A stretch of 39,910 bases of DNA from Parcubacteria group bacterium (GCA_016204005.1 JACQLS010000021.1:1-39910), one strand, 5' to 3'; numbered from the stretch's first letter, positions 9,905 through 20,128 are shown. Numbers and translations are program-made. Notes: a model not told the origin generated them from the letters alone.

Positions 9905-11116
9905 CTATGCCCTCTTCACTTTCGTGAATATTTCCCTTTCCATACGACCCGCAATATTCCCCCAGTCATAGGTATCTTTAACAAAAGTAAATGCATTCTG
10001 AACTAATACCTCGCGGAGCGTTTTCTCTTCCATGAGACGCTTTACTTGGCGTGCAATACCTTGGGGATCGCGGATATCTACCGCCAGCCCTGTGGGATTT
10101 TTGCCAGGATTTTTCTCAGGATCAAAGAGAAAATCGGTAATACCCCCTACATGCGTGGCAATAACCGGGAGACCCACGGCCATTGCCTCAATGAAGGAGT
10201 TTCCCATGCCTTCCGAAAGCGACGGGCGGATAAAGATGTCTGAAATTGAAAGATAGAGAGGCATGCGACCGTGATCGATATGGCCGAGGAACTTAACACG
10301 TTCGTAGACGCGGGATTCTCGTGCTAGCGCTCTTAGCTTCGCCTCATCGGGGCCAGTGCCGAGAATGAGGAAGTGCACATTGTTAGGAAGCAACGCGAGT
10401 GCGCGAATGACATCATCTGATGCGTTCTTGGGAACCATGCGTGACGTTGTGATGAGATACGTATCGCCCTCTTTTTTGCCGAGCTCCCCCTTGAGACGCG
10501 CAAGTTCCTGCTCTCCGTGTTTTTTAGTAAAGTGCGCCATGTCCACTCCGTTGGGAACGACAAAAACAGGAGCTTGTGTGTTCATGGATTTAGCAAATTG
10601 TGCAAGATAGTGAGAAATCGTCTGCACCACAGACGCCTCCGTAAAGATGCGTTTAAAAAGCGGGTAGACAATGCGAATGCGAGCCCTGCCGCGAATATGT
10701 TCGATCGGATCCCCATCCTGAAGCGTCAAAACGTAGGGAACCTTCTTCCAGAAAAGACGGAATAGGACAACAGGGAAGCCCATGTATGTCATCATCGCCC
10801 AAAACCCATCGTAGTGATTTTCCCTGTACAGCGAGATTGCTTTTTTAAGCGCGAGAACGGGATAGAGGACCTTGAGAAAATAAAGAGGAAACCGGACAAG
10901 CTCTTCTGGAGAAGGATTCTTTTTCGCAAAACCTACTCGATACACCCGCACGTTTCCAATTTTTTCTTCCTTAGGGAGTGTTGAATCAAGCCGAAGCGTT
11001 ATCATGTCGAAATCAAAATCCGCCGGCGATAACCGGTCGGTAATTTCTTTGACAGCAACCTCTGCCCCGCCGACGAAACGCGGGTAATAGGTAAGAGAAA
11101 AGATGAGCAACCGCAT
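9905..11116 (-). CDS. GT4 family glycosyltransferase
   Basis: Start moved to ATG 11116 (MRLLIFSLTYYP; TGn-TATCAT 6 nt upstream; avoids a long overlap); GGAE, VPNGVD, RPSLSEGMGNSFIEAMAVGLPVIAT. Confidence 0.92.
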   Translation of the reverse strand: MRLLIFSLTYYPRFVGGAEVAVKEITDRLSPADFDFDMITLRLDSTLPKEEKIGNVRVYRVGFAKKNPSPEELVRFPLYFLKVLYPVLALKKAISLYRENHYDGFWAMMTYMGFPVVLFRLFWKKVPYVLTLQDGDPIEHIRGRARIRIVYPLFKRIFTEASVVQTISHYLAQFAKSMNTQAPVFVVPNGVDMAHFTKKHGEQELARLKGELGKKEGDTYLITTSRMVPKNASDDVIRALALLPNNVHFLILGTGPDEAKLRALARESRVYERVKFLGHIDHGRMPLYLSISDIFIRPSLSEGMGNSFIEAMAVGLPVIATHVGGITDFLFDPEKNPGKNPTGLAVDIRDPQGIARQVKRLMEEKTLREVLVQNAFTFVKDTYDWGNIAGRMEREIFTKVKRA

Positions 11117-11144
11117 TGCCGTATGATAACACGCCCACAAAACC

Positions 11145-11915
11145 TTAAGTAACCCTCGTTTGGATGCCTTTGGGGGAGGTAAAAATTCCGAGACGTATCC
11201 CAGCCCGGGCAAGCATATACAATAAAAGAGTGTATGACGTTTGGAAAATTTCAATAACGCCCTTCCAAAGCGCCATTGAAGTGTGCTCTCCGTGATAATT
11301 TGCCCGCGTAGGGACAAAACAAAAAGAAAGGCCGAAATAACGGGCAAGTACAATAATTTCAAAACTAAAGAAGTAATCGTCCGATCCTTTTGTGAAATCT
11401 ATTGATGTTACAAGACGCCTGCTGTAGGCGCGCAAGCCAGTGAAAAAGTCGCGATGCCGAATGCCTAAAACAATCCGCGCCATGAAAGAAAGGGTTAGGT
11501 TACCGCAAAATCGAATGATGCCCATGCCGTCCTTGAGTGGCTCGAAGAGATTTATAAATCTGTTGCCGAGAACAAAATCGCACCCTCCCCTTAGCTTTTC
11601 GATTGCCGAAGGAACCGCTTTGGAATCAAACTGCCCATCTCCGTGCAACTCCACCATATAATCGGCGCCCATCTCAACCGCCTTGGCGAGAGCGAACTTT
11701 AGATTGCCTCCATACCCGCGATGAGGATTTGTGAACGCGGGCACTCCAAGTCCTTTGGCCACTTCATACGTTCCGTCCGTCGAACCATCATCGGCAATAA
11801 TAACCGTGTCAAACAAGTGGAGAGGAAACTTCCTAAATGCGTCGGGTAATAGATGCGCGCAGTTATACGCCAGAATGATACCGAATACCTTGCCTTTTTC
11901 TTTATTTTGGGACAT
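11145..11915 (-). CDS. GT2 family glycosyltransferase (polyprenol-phosphate glycosyltransferase/DPM1-like)
   Basis: ILAYNCA, ADDGSTDGT, HRGYGGNLK, ELHGDGQF, FVLGNRF, DFFTGLRAY. Confidence 0.9.
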   Translation of the reverse strand: MSQNKEKGKVFGIILAYNCAHLLPDAFRKFPLHLFDTVIIADDGSTDGTYEVAKGLGVPAFTNPHRGYGGNLKFALAKAVEMGADYMVELHGDGQFDSKAVPSAIEKLRGGCDFVLGNRFINLFEPLKDGMGIIRFCGNLTLSFMARIVLGIRHRDFFTGLRAYSRRLVTSIDFTKGSDDYFFSFEIIVLARYFGLSFCFVPTRANYHGEHTSMALWKGVIEIFQTSYTLLLYMLARAGIRLGIFTSPKGIQTRVT

Positions 11916-12009
11916 ATGATATCGTTCTATGATAGCACAGAATGCATTTTACCCAGCAGAAACGCGGGAGTTTAACCGCGTGGTATGCTCTCTAGTTAAG
12001 AACATCCTT

Positions 12010-13536
12010 ATGTGCAGTATTAGCGGCATTGTACACGGAAAAGGGGTGGAGAGAATGATGCAACAGCAAAAACACCGTGCTCCTGACCAGGAGGGCGTCT
12101 TTAAGGATGCGCACATTGCCTTGGGTATGGGGCGGCTCAAGATAATTGATCTGGAATCTCCGGGGCTTTGCCCATACCAAGAGGGCGAGTTTGTGCTCTC
12201 TTACAATGGAGAAATCTACAACTATGTTGAGCTGCGAAAAGAGCTCGAGAACCTCGGGTGGAAGTTCCGCACAAACTCTGACACGGAAGTTCTTTTGAAA
12301 TCTTGGCGGGAATGGGGTGTCCGTGCGTTTGATAAATGGAACGGCATGTTCGCGTTCGCGATCTATAACAAGAAGGAGGGAACAGTTACCCTGGCAAGAG
12401 ACATCGCCGGTGAAAAGCCGCTCTATTATTACGCATGCGGCGATGTCTTTGCTTTCGCATCAGAGGCAAAAGCCTTCGTAGGTGTTGTCCCTCTGGAGCT
12501 TCAGGAAAACCGCTTCTTTGAGGCATTCCAGCACGTACATGGCGATACGCTTTGGAAAAACGTTAAAGAGGTTCCCGCGGCGCATTACCTCACCTACGAT
12601 ATAAAAGATGCTAGCTTCGAAATACGAGCGTATTGGGATCTTGCTCTGCGCGACATCAACCCCGAAACAGCCGTAGAGGAACTCGAGTCACTGCTCGAAG
12701 ACGCCGTAACCATTCGCACCCGGAGCGATGTTCCTTATGGGCTATATTACTCTGGTGGCATTGACTCGGCGCTTATTTCAACTTTTCATGATTTTAAGCA
12801 TCAATTTTATTTCGACAACACACTCGAATGGAGAGATGATTTCTTTGCACATATTGAGTCTGTCGGCTACCACCTCGACTTTCCCGTAGGGTCGCTCTCT
12901 TCGTACCCTTTGTGGAAATTAGCAGAGTGGGCATCAGAAAAGGTAAAAGTGATCGTTTCCGGCGAAGGAGCTGATGAAGTTTTTGGCGGGTATGTGCGCT
13001 ATCTCCCCATTGCGCAAGAGTGGGAATTGCGCACGCGCTACCCATCATACAACGCGTATCTGTTTGCGAAATACTTTCGGCATTTTTCATACCTCGATGC
13101 CTTTGCGACCATTACTGCGCGGAATGACGATGTGGAGTTTGTGCGAGAAACACTCCGTCCGTACTTTGAGCGCTTCAAGGACCCCATCACTGCTATGGGA
13201 TATGCCGACTTTAAACTTATCTTGCCGAGCCTGCTTCAAATGGGAGACAGGCAAGCGGGTGCCTTTGGGCTCGAAAATCGTTGCCCCTTCCTTGATCGAC
13301 GCATTATCGAATTTGGATTTAGTCTGCCACCAGAACTCAAAATCAAAGGCATGGAACAAAAGGTCATTCTTCGAAGAATCCTTGAGAAGCGCGGGCTCTT
13401 AGGGCCACTCAACGTAGAGAAAAGAGGATTGACAATCACCTTTAATCAGTGGTTCGACAAGAAAGACTGGGACAGAAGCATGTATTTTGATCTCCTCAAA
13501 AAGAACTGGCACAAACGCTTTAATGCTAATCTATAA
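12010..13536 (+). CDS. asnB: Asparagine synthase-like glutamine amidotransferase, probably glycan amidation
   Basis: Start moved to 12010 so that Cys2 is the Ntn nucleophile (MCSISG); RLKIIDL, YNGEIYNY, SDTEV, YSGGIDS, SGEGADEVFGGY, ENRCPFLD. Confidence 0.92.
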   Translation: MCSISGIVHGKGVERMMQQQKHRAPDQEGVFKDAHIALGMGRLKIIDLESPGLCPYQEGEFVLSYNGEIYNYVELRKELENLGWKFRTNSDTEVLLKSWREWGVRAFDKWNGMFAFAIYNKKEGTVTLARDIAGEKPLYYYACGDVFAFASEAKAFVGVVPLELQENRFFEAFQHVHGDTLWKNVKEVPAAHYLTYDIKDASFEIRAYWDLALRDINPETAVEELESLLEDAVTIRTRSDVPYGLYYSGGIDSALISTFHDFKHQFYFDNTLEWRDDFFAHIESVGYHLDFPVGSLSSYPLWKLAEWASEKVKVIVSGEGADEVFGGYVRYLPIAQEWELRTRYPSYNAYLFAKYFRHFSYLDAFATITARNDDVEFVRETLRPYFERFKDPITAMGYADFKLILPSLLQMGDRQAGAFGLENRCPFLDRRIIEFGFSLPPELKIKGMEQKVILRRILEKRGLLGPLNVEKRGLTITFNQWFDKKDWDRSMYFDLLKKNWHKRFNANL

Positions 13537-13605
13537 CGATAAAGTGGGAGATAGGGAATAAAGAAAAATGACATTGTTTTTCTCTTTGTGAATTTCTGGA
13601 TGAAT

Positions 13606-13634
13606 TTGACAAAACGAATTTTGCATTGTATTTT
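13606..13634 (+). promoter_or_regulatory. Sigma70-like promoter
   Basis: TTGACA-17 nt-TATTTT upstream of 13664. Confidence 0.6.
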
Positions 13635-13663
13635 AGCCAGTAGACACGCTCCTGGTAAAAGCG

Positions 13664-14308
13664 GTGCAGCAAACCGAACAAGAACTACTACTGCTCTTGG
13701 CACAGGTTATGTCGGACCGGGCACCAACTACGTGTGATGCCGCGTACCTTGTAGCACAAACCGTTGACAATATGAGTTCACCACTTGAGAAAGGGGTTGA
13801 GCTTTTCCATCGTGATTGTGTGCAAAGATTGGCCATCCAGTACGGAGGAGACACGGGTGTATACTGTGGTTTTGAACATTGTGTAGAAAAACTGCGAACC
13901 CTTGGCTTTCTTGCCCCCGAAGAATCCATTGTGCCCATACCAATCAACCGAGCCATCTTCCCGAAGTTAAACACCCTGACAGAGATGATTCTCACCATAC
14001 GCAAAGCGAAGGAGCTCGGGTGGAAAAAACTTGTGATCGTCGCCCCGGCATTTCACCAGCTACGTTCATTTATTACAGCCGTAACAGTAGCCATTCGAGA
14101 ATATCCAGAACTCTCGCTCTACAATTGTCCCGGCACTCCACTCCCCTGGCACGAACACGTCGTTCATTCGCAAGGAATTGTGCGGGGGTTCCGCACAAAC
14201 ATTTTTAGAGGTGAAATCGAAAGAATCGCCGCGTATCAAGCAGTTGGAACGCCCTACCCCCTACTCCCCAACAAAGCCGTTCTTGAATATCTAGAAAAAA
14301 GAGATTAG
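13664..14308 (+). CDS. Hypothetical protein, DUF218/YdcF/ElyC-like
   Basis: NTLTEMILT...GWKKLVIVAPAFHQLRS resembles the DUF218 NTxEN...LVTSxxHxxR motif; own promoter and terminator; GTG start. Confidence 0.6.
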   Translation: MQQTEQELLLLLAQVMSDRAPTTCDAAYLVAQTVDNMSSPLEKGVELFHRDCVQRLAIQYGGDTGVYCGFEHCVEKLRTLGFLAPEESIVPIPINRAIFPKLNTLTEMILTIRKAKELGWKKLVIVAPAFHQLRSFITAVTVAIREYPELSLYNCPGTPLPWHEHVVHSQGIVRGFRTNIFRGEIERIAAYQAVGTPYPLLPNKAVLEYLEKRD

Positions 14309-14313
14309 TGGAC

Positions 14314-14352
14314 AAAGCCGCACAGAGACAAAAAATTCCTGTGCGGTTTTTT
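14314..14352 (+). terminator. Intrinsic terminator
   Basis: gccgcacag...ctgtgcggt followed by a T-run. Confidence 0.65.
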
Positions 14353-14355
14353 AGT

Positions 14356-14384
14356 TTGCAAGAAGCAAGTAGCTTTGTTACTAT
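14356..14384 (+). promoter_or_regulatory. Sigma70-like promoter, near-leaderless
   Basis: TTGCAA-17 nt-TACTAT (TGn-extended), ATG 8 nt downstream. Confidence 0.6.
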
Positions 14385-14392
14385 CTTTCAAT

Positions 14393-15298
14393 ATGCGCGT
14401 CTTGGTCACTGGAGTTTCTGGGTTTATCGGACCCCATCTCGTCGAAGCGTGTCTCAAAAAAGGATGGGATGTTTTGGGCGTCGACATTCGCGATTTTAAT
14501 TATGCGGCAATCGAGTGCGACTTTCACACTCCGCGATTTGTATTTGAGAAACGCGACGTGCGAACCCTTACTCCGGAAGACCTTAAGGACATCACGTACA
14601 TCTTCCACCTTGCCTTTGACACGAACATACCAAACTCGATTAAGCACCCCCTCGAGACAACACGAGACAATATTGACATGACGGTGCATCTTTTAGATGC
14701 CGCGACCAAAGCTGGGGTGAAAAAATTCTTATTCCCCTCTACGGCGTCCCTCTATGGCAAGAACAAAACCCCGTGGAGAGAAGACATGCCGCCCTACCCG
14801 ATTGAGCCGTATGCCTGGCAAAAAGGATCCTGCGAATACGCCCTTTCCATGTGGACAGAGTGTTACGGATTGCCCACAGCGACCCTAAGACTATTCCAAG
14901 TATTTGGAGAAAACTTTCGTTATGACGGAGTCATCGCAATCTTTACTAAACTCAAGAAAGAAGGGAGGCCTGCTACCCTCACGGAGACATCGCCCGGATC
15001 TCCGCATCGCTCGGGCCAGCGAGACTTCATTTATGTGAAAGAGGTGGCGGATGCATTTATCCAAGTTGCCCTCTCACCAAAAACAGGCAAGGGTGATGTG
15101 TATAATATAGGTACTGGCAGAGTAACCACGATTGAAGAGATCGCGAACGCCATGGGCTTACCGTTTGAGTTTGTTCCAAAACGCGGGTTTGAGGTGGAAC
15201 GTCACGAAGCGGATATCACCAAGACAAAATCAGTCATTGATTGGAATCCGAAGGTAGAAGTTCTTCCGTGGCTTACAGCATTTGTTAAGACATTATAA
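14393..15298 (+). CDS. NAD-dependent epimerase/dehydratase (extended SDR)
   Basis: VTGVSGFIG, IFHLA, PSTASLYG, YAWQK (YxxxK), RDFIYV, YNIGTG. Confidence 0.92.
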   Translation: MRVLVTGVSGFIGPHLVEACLKKGWDVLGVDIRDFNYAAIECDFHTPRFVFEKRDVRTLTPEDLKDITYIFHLAFDTNIPNSIKHPLETTRDNIDMTVHLLDAATKAGVKKFLFPSTASLYGKNKTPWREDMPPYPIEPYAWQKGSCEYALSMWTECYGLPTATLRLFQVFGENFRYDGVIAIFTKLKKEGRPATLTETSPGSPHRSGQRDFIYVKEVADAFIQVALSPKTGKGDVYNIGTGRVTTIEEIANAMGLPFEFVPKRGFEVERHEADITKTKSVIDWNPKVEVLPWLTAFVKTL

Positions 15299-15317
15299 AG
15301 GTTAAGCATTATCACGT

Positions 15318-16559
15318 ATGGGTATCAAAACAATAAAAAATAAAACTTGCCGAATGTGTGACGGGACGCAATTCGATGTCGTCATTGACTTACAAGAGCA
15401 CCCCCTTGTGAACAGTTTGATTCGTAAGGCGGATTTGAATAAAAAAGAGCCGATGTTCCCGCTTGTAGTGAAGCGGTGCCGAAAGTGCTCACTCGTGCAA
15501 TTGGTTGAAATCATTGACTCGGAAGAAATCTACCGCAACGTGGATTATTTGTTTTTCTCTTCGGACATGCCAACGCTTTCCGACTATTTTAAGGGGTTTG
15601 CAAATGACATCCAAAAAAGATTCATCAAAAGCAAAAACGACCTCGTCGTAGAGATCGGCAGTAACGACGGCGTCATGCTAAACCACTTCAAAAATAAAGC
15701 CCGAATTCTCGGTGTTGACCCGTCAACAAACGTGGTGCTTCGAGCAGTGAAGCGCGGAATCCCAACTATGTCGGAGTTTTTCACGGGCCGCCTTGGAGGG
15801 CTTATCGCGAAAGAGTGGGGTACCGCAAAAGTTGTCATGGGCAGCAACTGCATCGCTCACCTGAATAACTTGCGCGACCTTCTAGAGGGGGTCAGAGCGC
15901 TTTTGGCTCCCGACGGTGTCTTTATTGTTGAAGCAAACTACTGGGGCGGAATGGTCAAAAATACGAACTACTCACTCATCTACCACGACCACTTTTCATA
16001 CTTTTCACTCAAAGTATGGCAAGATTTTGCCAAAAAGTATGGCCTTCGGGTTTTTGATGCGGTCGTAACACCAGCACAAGGAGGATCACTCCGCATCTTT
16101 ATGGATCGCCGAAAGCGACCTGTCACAAAGCGGCTGAAGGCACTTGAAGCGACGGAGAAAAAGACCAAATTGAATACTCTGGAGACCGGACACCGCTACA
16201 GGGACAATGTGTGGAACGTCGCCAAAAAACTACGGAAGACTTTGGAAGACCTTAAAAAAGGTGGAGCAAAGCTCGCCGGCTACGGCGCTGCCGCAAAAGG
16301 GTTCACTATTTTACGCTGTTCAGGAATTGACGGAAAATTCCTCGACTATTTTGTGGATGATTCTCCCGCAAAACAAGGCTGGTACACGCCGATAGATCAC
16401 ATTCCCATTATCTCGCGCAAGGAAGCAGAGAAAAGACTTCCGGACTATTTTGTCATCTTGGCACCCAACTACGCCAAAGTAATTGTTGAGAAGGAAAAGA
16501 AGTTCCACAAAGCGGGAGGCCGCTTCGTCGTCCCCATTGGCAACATTGATATCCTCTAG
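15318..16559 (+). CDS. NDP-sugar C-methyltransferase (TylC3/EryBIII/TcaB9-like)
   Basis: CRMC...CRKCSLVQL Zn site, EIGSNDG, GVDPS, IYHDHFSYFS, QGGSLR, GYGAAAKG, DDSPAKQG. Confidence 0.88.
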   Translation: MGIKTIKNKTCRMCDGTQFDVVIDLQEHPLVNSLIRKADLNKKEPMFPLVVKRCRKCSLVQLVEIIDSEEIYRNVDYLFFSSDMPTLSDYFKGFANDIQKRFIKSKNDLVVEIGSNDGVMLNHFKNKARILGVDPSTNVVLRAVKRGIPTMSEFFTGRLGGLIAKEWGTAKVVMGSNCIAHLNNLRDLLEGVRALLAPDGVFIVEANYWGGMVKNTNYSLIYHDHFSYFSLKVWQDFAKKYGLRVFDAVVTPAQGGSLRIFMDRRKRPVTKRLKALEATEKKTKLNTLETGHRYRDNVWNVAKKLRKTLEDLKKGGAKLAGYGAAAKGFTILRCSGIDGKFLDYFVDDSPAKQGWYTPIDHIPIISRKEAEKRLPDYFVILAPNYAKVIVEKEKKFHKAGGRFVVPIGNIDIL

Positions 16560-16579
16560 AGGAACACTTTAAGAACTAC

Positions 16580-18019
16580 CTAGTAACGTTTAGTGTAAAT
16601 ACTAAACCCCTCAAGGGCACCAAAGAGCGCGTAGCGCTCCTCTAAAACGCGTCTTCCTTCGTCTATAAAAAGATTAGACGGATACGACACCACGACATCC
16701 GGCGGAGTGTCAGCAAGAAGCGGGTTTTTTCCTATTGGCGAGAGGCCATCTAAATGTATCGGAAGAAAAGTTCGTGACGGATCTGTAAACAACCCGGGTA
16801 TTGGGGCGTTCAAAAGCCCTATAGTACTTTGAGGAAAGTGCTCGTTTAAGTAGGATCCGACACGAAACGCGCTGTCTCCAGAAGAAATGCCTGAGGCGGT
16901 AAATAAGTGAACTCCCTGCATAAGAACAAGAGCGCCAACGACTAGCGACGTTGCGATTTTGAGAGGAATCTTTTCCGCCCTGTACCACTGTAAAATCAGT
17001 GGGGCGACCGTGCGAATGGCATGGGGAAGTACGAATAGAATCAAAAGCTCGGCAATGAGTATGTAGCGGAGATACCCCGGACTTCTCAAATAGTAAACAA
17101 AAGCAAAAATACTATATACCGTGACAAACGCATAGAGAAACGAGAGTCCCTCTCCCCTCTTTTCTCTTGCGATGAGTACCCATGCGAACGCGACGAGCGC
17201 AAAGAGGCCGGCAAAATAGATAAGCGTGGTTGAATTGAAAAAGCCACCAAGATTGTTCAAAATATTTTGGGTAATATCTCCGCTGTACGGATTTTTGTAA
17301 AACAACAGTATCTCCCGCCATGTAGTGAGATCGAAGGGATTCGGAATGACGAGAAAAACCCAGACAATAGCAGCCGGGATCATACCCGAAGCTATTGTAA
17401 ACAGCTGTTTTGCAAGCTCCTTGAACGAAAGCCGTTCAAAAATCAACGAGAAAAAGATGGTCGGGATGATGAGAGCAAACACTGCCGGTTTCGTAACCAC
17501 AGCAAGCCCCAACAAAAGCCCCGAAAGAAGGGGTCGTTTTTGAATAAGGAGAAAATAAAACCCGGCGAGAAGCAGGACAAATCCTGGAATCTCCCCCACC
17601 ACAGCCCGCCCGCTTGCGTAGAACGAGGCGAACGTTGCCACCAAAAGCACCGCGTAGATAGCTTCTTGTTTTGAAAACAGCTTTCGCGCAAGAAAGAAAA
17701 CCCCCGCAAGAGCGACGAGAAGCCAGAGGAGCATATAGGTACGAGCTTCTTCAACGCCGAAGCCGAAAACTTTAAAGGCGGCCGCGAGGGGCACGGTCAC
17801 GGGGTATCCTGTTGATTGGATGAGGTGTGGTGCCTCGAAAAAGATACCTGGAGCGGTTTGGAGAGACAACACTCCGTTGGTTTCGAAACTGCGCGCGATG
17901 TGTATGCTTATCGCCTCGTCCGTCCATAACTTTGGTGTTGTGGTGAGTGTCAGAAGTGAACCAATCAAGATACACAACGCGACGCAAATGAATATAACCG
18001 TATCCCAGTGGCGCATCAT
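16580..18019 (-). CDS. ArnT/PMT-like GT-C polytopic membrane glycosyltransferase
   Basis: LWTDEAI (DE motif after TM1), GLAVVTKP, many TM segments, RYIL; start probably 18019 (TGn-TATGAT 7 nt upstream). Confidence 0.82.
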   Translation of the reverse strand: MMRHWDTVIFICVALCILIGSLLTLTTTPKLWTDEAISIHIARSFETNGVLSLQTAPGIFFEAPHLIQSTGYPVTVPLAAAFKVFGFGVEEARTYMLLWLLVALAGVFFLARKLFSKQEAIYAVLLVATFASFYASGRAVVGEIPGFVLLLAGFYFLLIQKRPLLSGLLLGLAVVTKPAVFALIIPTIFFSLIFERLSFKELAKQLFTIASGMIPAAIVWVFLVIPNPFDLTTWREILLFYKNPYSGDITQNILNNLGGFFNSTTLIYFAGLFALVAFAWVLIAREKRGEGLSFLYAFVTVYSIFAFVYYLRSPGYLRYILIAELLILFVLPHAIRTVAPLILQWYRAEKIPLKIATSLVVGALVLMQGVHLFTASGISSGDSAFRVGSYLNEHFPQSTIGLLNAPIPGLFTDPSRTFLPIHLDGLSPIGKNPLLADTPPDVVVSYPSNLFIDEGRRVLEERYALFGALEGFSIYTKRY

Positions 18020-18061
18020 ACACGTCATCATAGCATAAAGACCACCCCCTTCTCGTCAACG

Positions 18062-18084
18062 AAAAAGCCGCAGAGACTGCGGCT
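18062..18084 (-). terminator. Intrinsic terminator after the NUDIX-like gene
   Basis: Minus strand AGCCGCAG-TCT-CTGCGGCT-TTTT. Confidence 0.75.
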
Positions 18085-18091
18085 GTGACTA

Positions 18092-18853
18092 CTATATTGC
18101 CCGTGGCCATTGTTCGGGATGATGCGCGAGATGAATGAAAAGCGCGGAAAGAGAGGTGGAAACACCAGTGTAAGCACCGGTGTCGCTTTTCCCAGATCGG
18201 ACCATCGCTAAAAGCCTACCAACTTCAATGAAGTAAACACCGTTAATGGGTTCTTCTGGGTCCGGGATCGGCTTCTCGAGCTTACGAAGATTGACCTGGA
18301 CCGCTACGACTGCGCCCCACGTTGGAGTAAAGGACGGCGACGGATTGTGACCCACGGGATAGACCTCGACACCAACAACTGCTGACTCCGAAGCACCGCC
18401 TTCTTCACTCGCCTCACGGGTCGCGGCCTGTTCTGGCGTCTCAAATTTGCCCGTAGCCGCCTTCTCGCTGAACCCCATAATGACGTGGAGGAACGGCACC
18501 GGTTTGTGCCCATCAACGTTGTATGCTTCAGCTCCAGGCATGTCTGCATGAGGACGTACTTGCTCGACCATGCCAAAATAATAACGGCCGTCAGCGCCAA
18601 GTCCCCATGTAACCGTCTGAACAAAAGGTGCTTCACGATAGAGCGGACGGTCAAAAGACGGTTTGCCATCTGGCCCCACGACAACCGCTGATCTAACTTC
18701 ACCAAACTTAGACGTAAGGGCAAAATCAGTTCCCTTGGGAAGCTGCTTGCCATCAACCGTGAGTTGCCAACGATTTGGGTCGTTGATGAACTTCTCCCAC
18801 TCAGCCGGCGAGACACACGCGCGTGCAAGTGCGTAGCTTTTGACTGCACTCAC
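18092..18853 (-). CDS. Divergent NUDIX-fold hydrolase
   Basis: GFSEKAATGKFETPEQAATREASEEGG (Nudix box with insertion), VEQVRP, DPEEPI; GTG start. Confidence 0.72.
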   Translation of the reverse strand: MSAVKSYALARACVSPAEWEKFINDPNRWQLTVDGKQLPKGTDFALTSKFGEVRSAVVVGPDGKPSFDRPLYREAPFVQTVTWGLGADGRYYFGMVEQVRPHADMPGAEAYNVDGHKPVPFLHVIMGFSEKAATGKFETPEQAATREASEEGGASESAVVGVEVYPVGHNPSPSFTPTWGAVVAVQVNLRKLEKPIPDPEEPINGVYFIEVGRLLAMVRSGKSDTGAYTGVSTSLSALFIHLAHHPEQWPRAI

Positions 18854-18887
18854 CAGATATCTCCGTGGAATCTTCCTTTCTTTCTGA

Positions 18888-18916
18888 AGAATGATGACTT
18901 TTCAGCAACATGTCAA
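18888..18916 (-). promoter_or_regulatory. Sigma70-like promoter for the NUDIX-like gene
   Basis: TTGACA-17 nt-CATTCT on the minus strand. Confidence 0.55.
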
Positions 18917-18922
18917 ATTGAC

Positions 18923-18949
18923 AAAAGCTGTCACATGTTGTGACAGCTT
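18923..18949 (-). terminator. Intrinsic terminator
   Basis: 11-bp perfect stem AAGCTGTCACA/TGTGACAGCTT ending in a T-run on the minus strand. Confidence 0.7.
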
Positions 18950-18962
18950 GGGTATCTTTACC

Positions 18963-19079
18963 CTACGTATGCTTCTTCGGGGGTATATTCCAACTCAAAC
19001 AAGAAAGCTTGCTTACATCGTCTCCCAATGCAATAAGGGCACTCAGGCACGCAAGATAAATCGCTTCTTTGAGGTCCAT
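18963..19079 (-). CDS. Putative 38-aa small protein (or sRNA unit): MDLKEAIYLACLSALIALGDDVSKLSCLSWNIPPKKHT
   Basis: Below the ORF-track cutoff; bracketed by a promoter (19105-19132), a purine-rich AAAGGAAAA tract and a terminator (18923-18949). Confidence 0.45.
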   Translation of the reverse strand: MDLKEAIYLACLSALIALGDDVSKLSCLSWNIPPKKHT

Positions 19080-19104
19080 GACACGTCTTTTCCTTTCTGG
19101 AAGA

Positions 19105-19132
19105 AGAATACAGATAAAAAGACTTCTGTCAA
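19105..19132 (-). promoter_or_regulatory. Sigma70-like promoter
   Basis: TTGACA-16 nt-TATTCT on the minus strand. Confidence 0.55.
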
Positions 19133-19147
19133 AGCAAAGTCCTCACC

Positions 19148-20128
19148 TTAAAGCACTCGGTCAATGGTATCAAGAAGACGCGTCACGCGCACGCCGTGCG
19201 CAATGTTGGTAAGCGGCTCTGTATTGGTTTCAATGACGCGGATAAAGTGCTCAAGCTGATTCTTGAGTGGCTCTTTCGCGCTAACCTCTGGAACCATGAC
19301 ATTTTCGCTTGATTGGTCAAAAAAGAAAGAGTTTTTTCCGGAAAAAACCTCCTCCTTTGGATATTCATACCGATACTTTCGGAGTTTGTTACTCTCTTCT
19401 ATGTCGTCAAAGAGGAGCATCCCCTTGTCGCCACAGATGAAGAAATGACGCATCTTCTTGGGAGCAAACCACGAAACACTAATTGATACAGAGACGCCAC
19501 TTGAAAGACGAGCAACTACTGTTGCGGCATCTTCAAACTCTTGCTCCTTGGTCATAAAAACCGCCCGCCCACTCACATCTTCAATCTCCTGAGGTCCGAA
19601 GAGGTAATCAAGTATTGCAAGCTCGTGCGTTGCTGTTTCCCAAAAACATCCCATACCCTTTCGGATTGGGCCAGGGTAAACATTAACCGCCGTAAAAGAC
19701 CGCAGGGTGCCAAGCGCACCGCTGTCGAGGATCCCTTTTGCCGCACGAATATAGTCGTTGTAGAGATATTGGTGCCCGATCATTAAGGTTTTACCGCTTT
19801 CTCTGACAGCGCGCTCAAGACGAAGCGCGTCGGAGAGGTTGGTCGTCATCGGTTTTTCAACAAGAACGTGTTTGCCTGCCTTAAGCGCCGCTAGAGCAAG
19901 TTCCGCGTGGGTAGGAGCTGGTGTTGCGATAATAACCGCATGAATATTAGGGTCAGAAAGAATCTCTTCATACTTGGTAACACGCCGTATTCCTGGAAAT
20001 ACAGCGGTTTCTGCCGCAAGAGAACGATCAAAGAGAGCGCCTAAACGAGCGCCCTTAACCTCGCGGAGGAGGCGGATATAGTGTTTACCAAAATGACCTG
20101 CGCCAACAAGCGCAAAGGAGAGAGTCAT
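19148..20128 (-). CDS. Gfo/Idh/MocA family oxidoreductase
   Basis: VGAGHFG, IATPAPTH, GKHVLVEKPM, ETATHEL. Confidence 0.92.
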   Translation of the reverse strand: MTLSFALVGAGHFGKHYIRLLREVKGARLGALFDRSLAAETAVFPGIRRVTKYEEILSDPNIHAVIIATPAPTHAELALAALKAGKHVLVEKPMTTNLSDALRLERAVRESGKTLMIGHQYLYNDYIRAAKGILDSGALGTLRSFTAVNVYPGPIRKGMGCFWETATHELAILDYLFGPQEIEDVSGRAVFMTKEQEFEDAATVVARLSSGVSVSISVSWFAPKKMRHFFICGDKGMLLFDDIEESNKLRKYRYEYPKEEVFSGKNSFFFDQSSENVMVPEVSAKEPLKNQLEHFIRVIETNTEPLTNIAHGVRVTRLLDTIDRVL

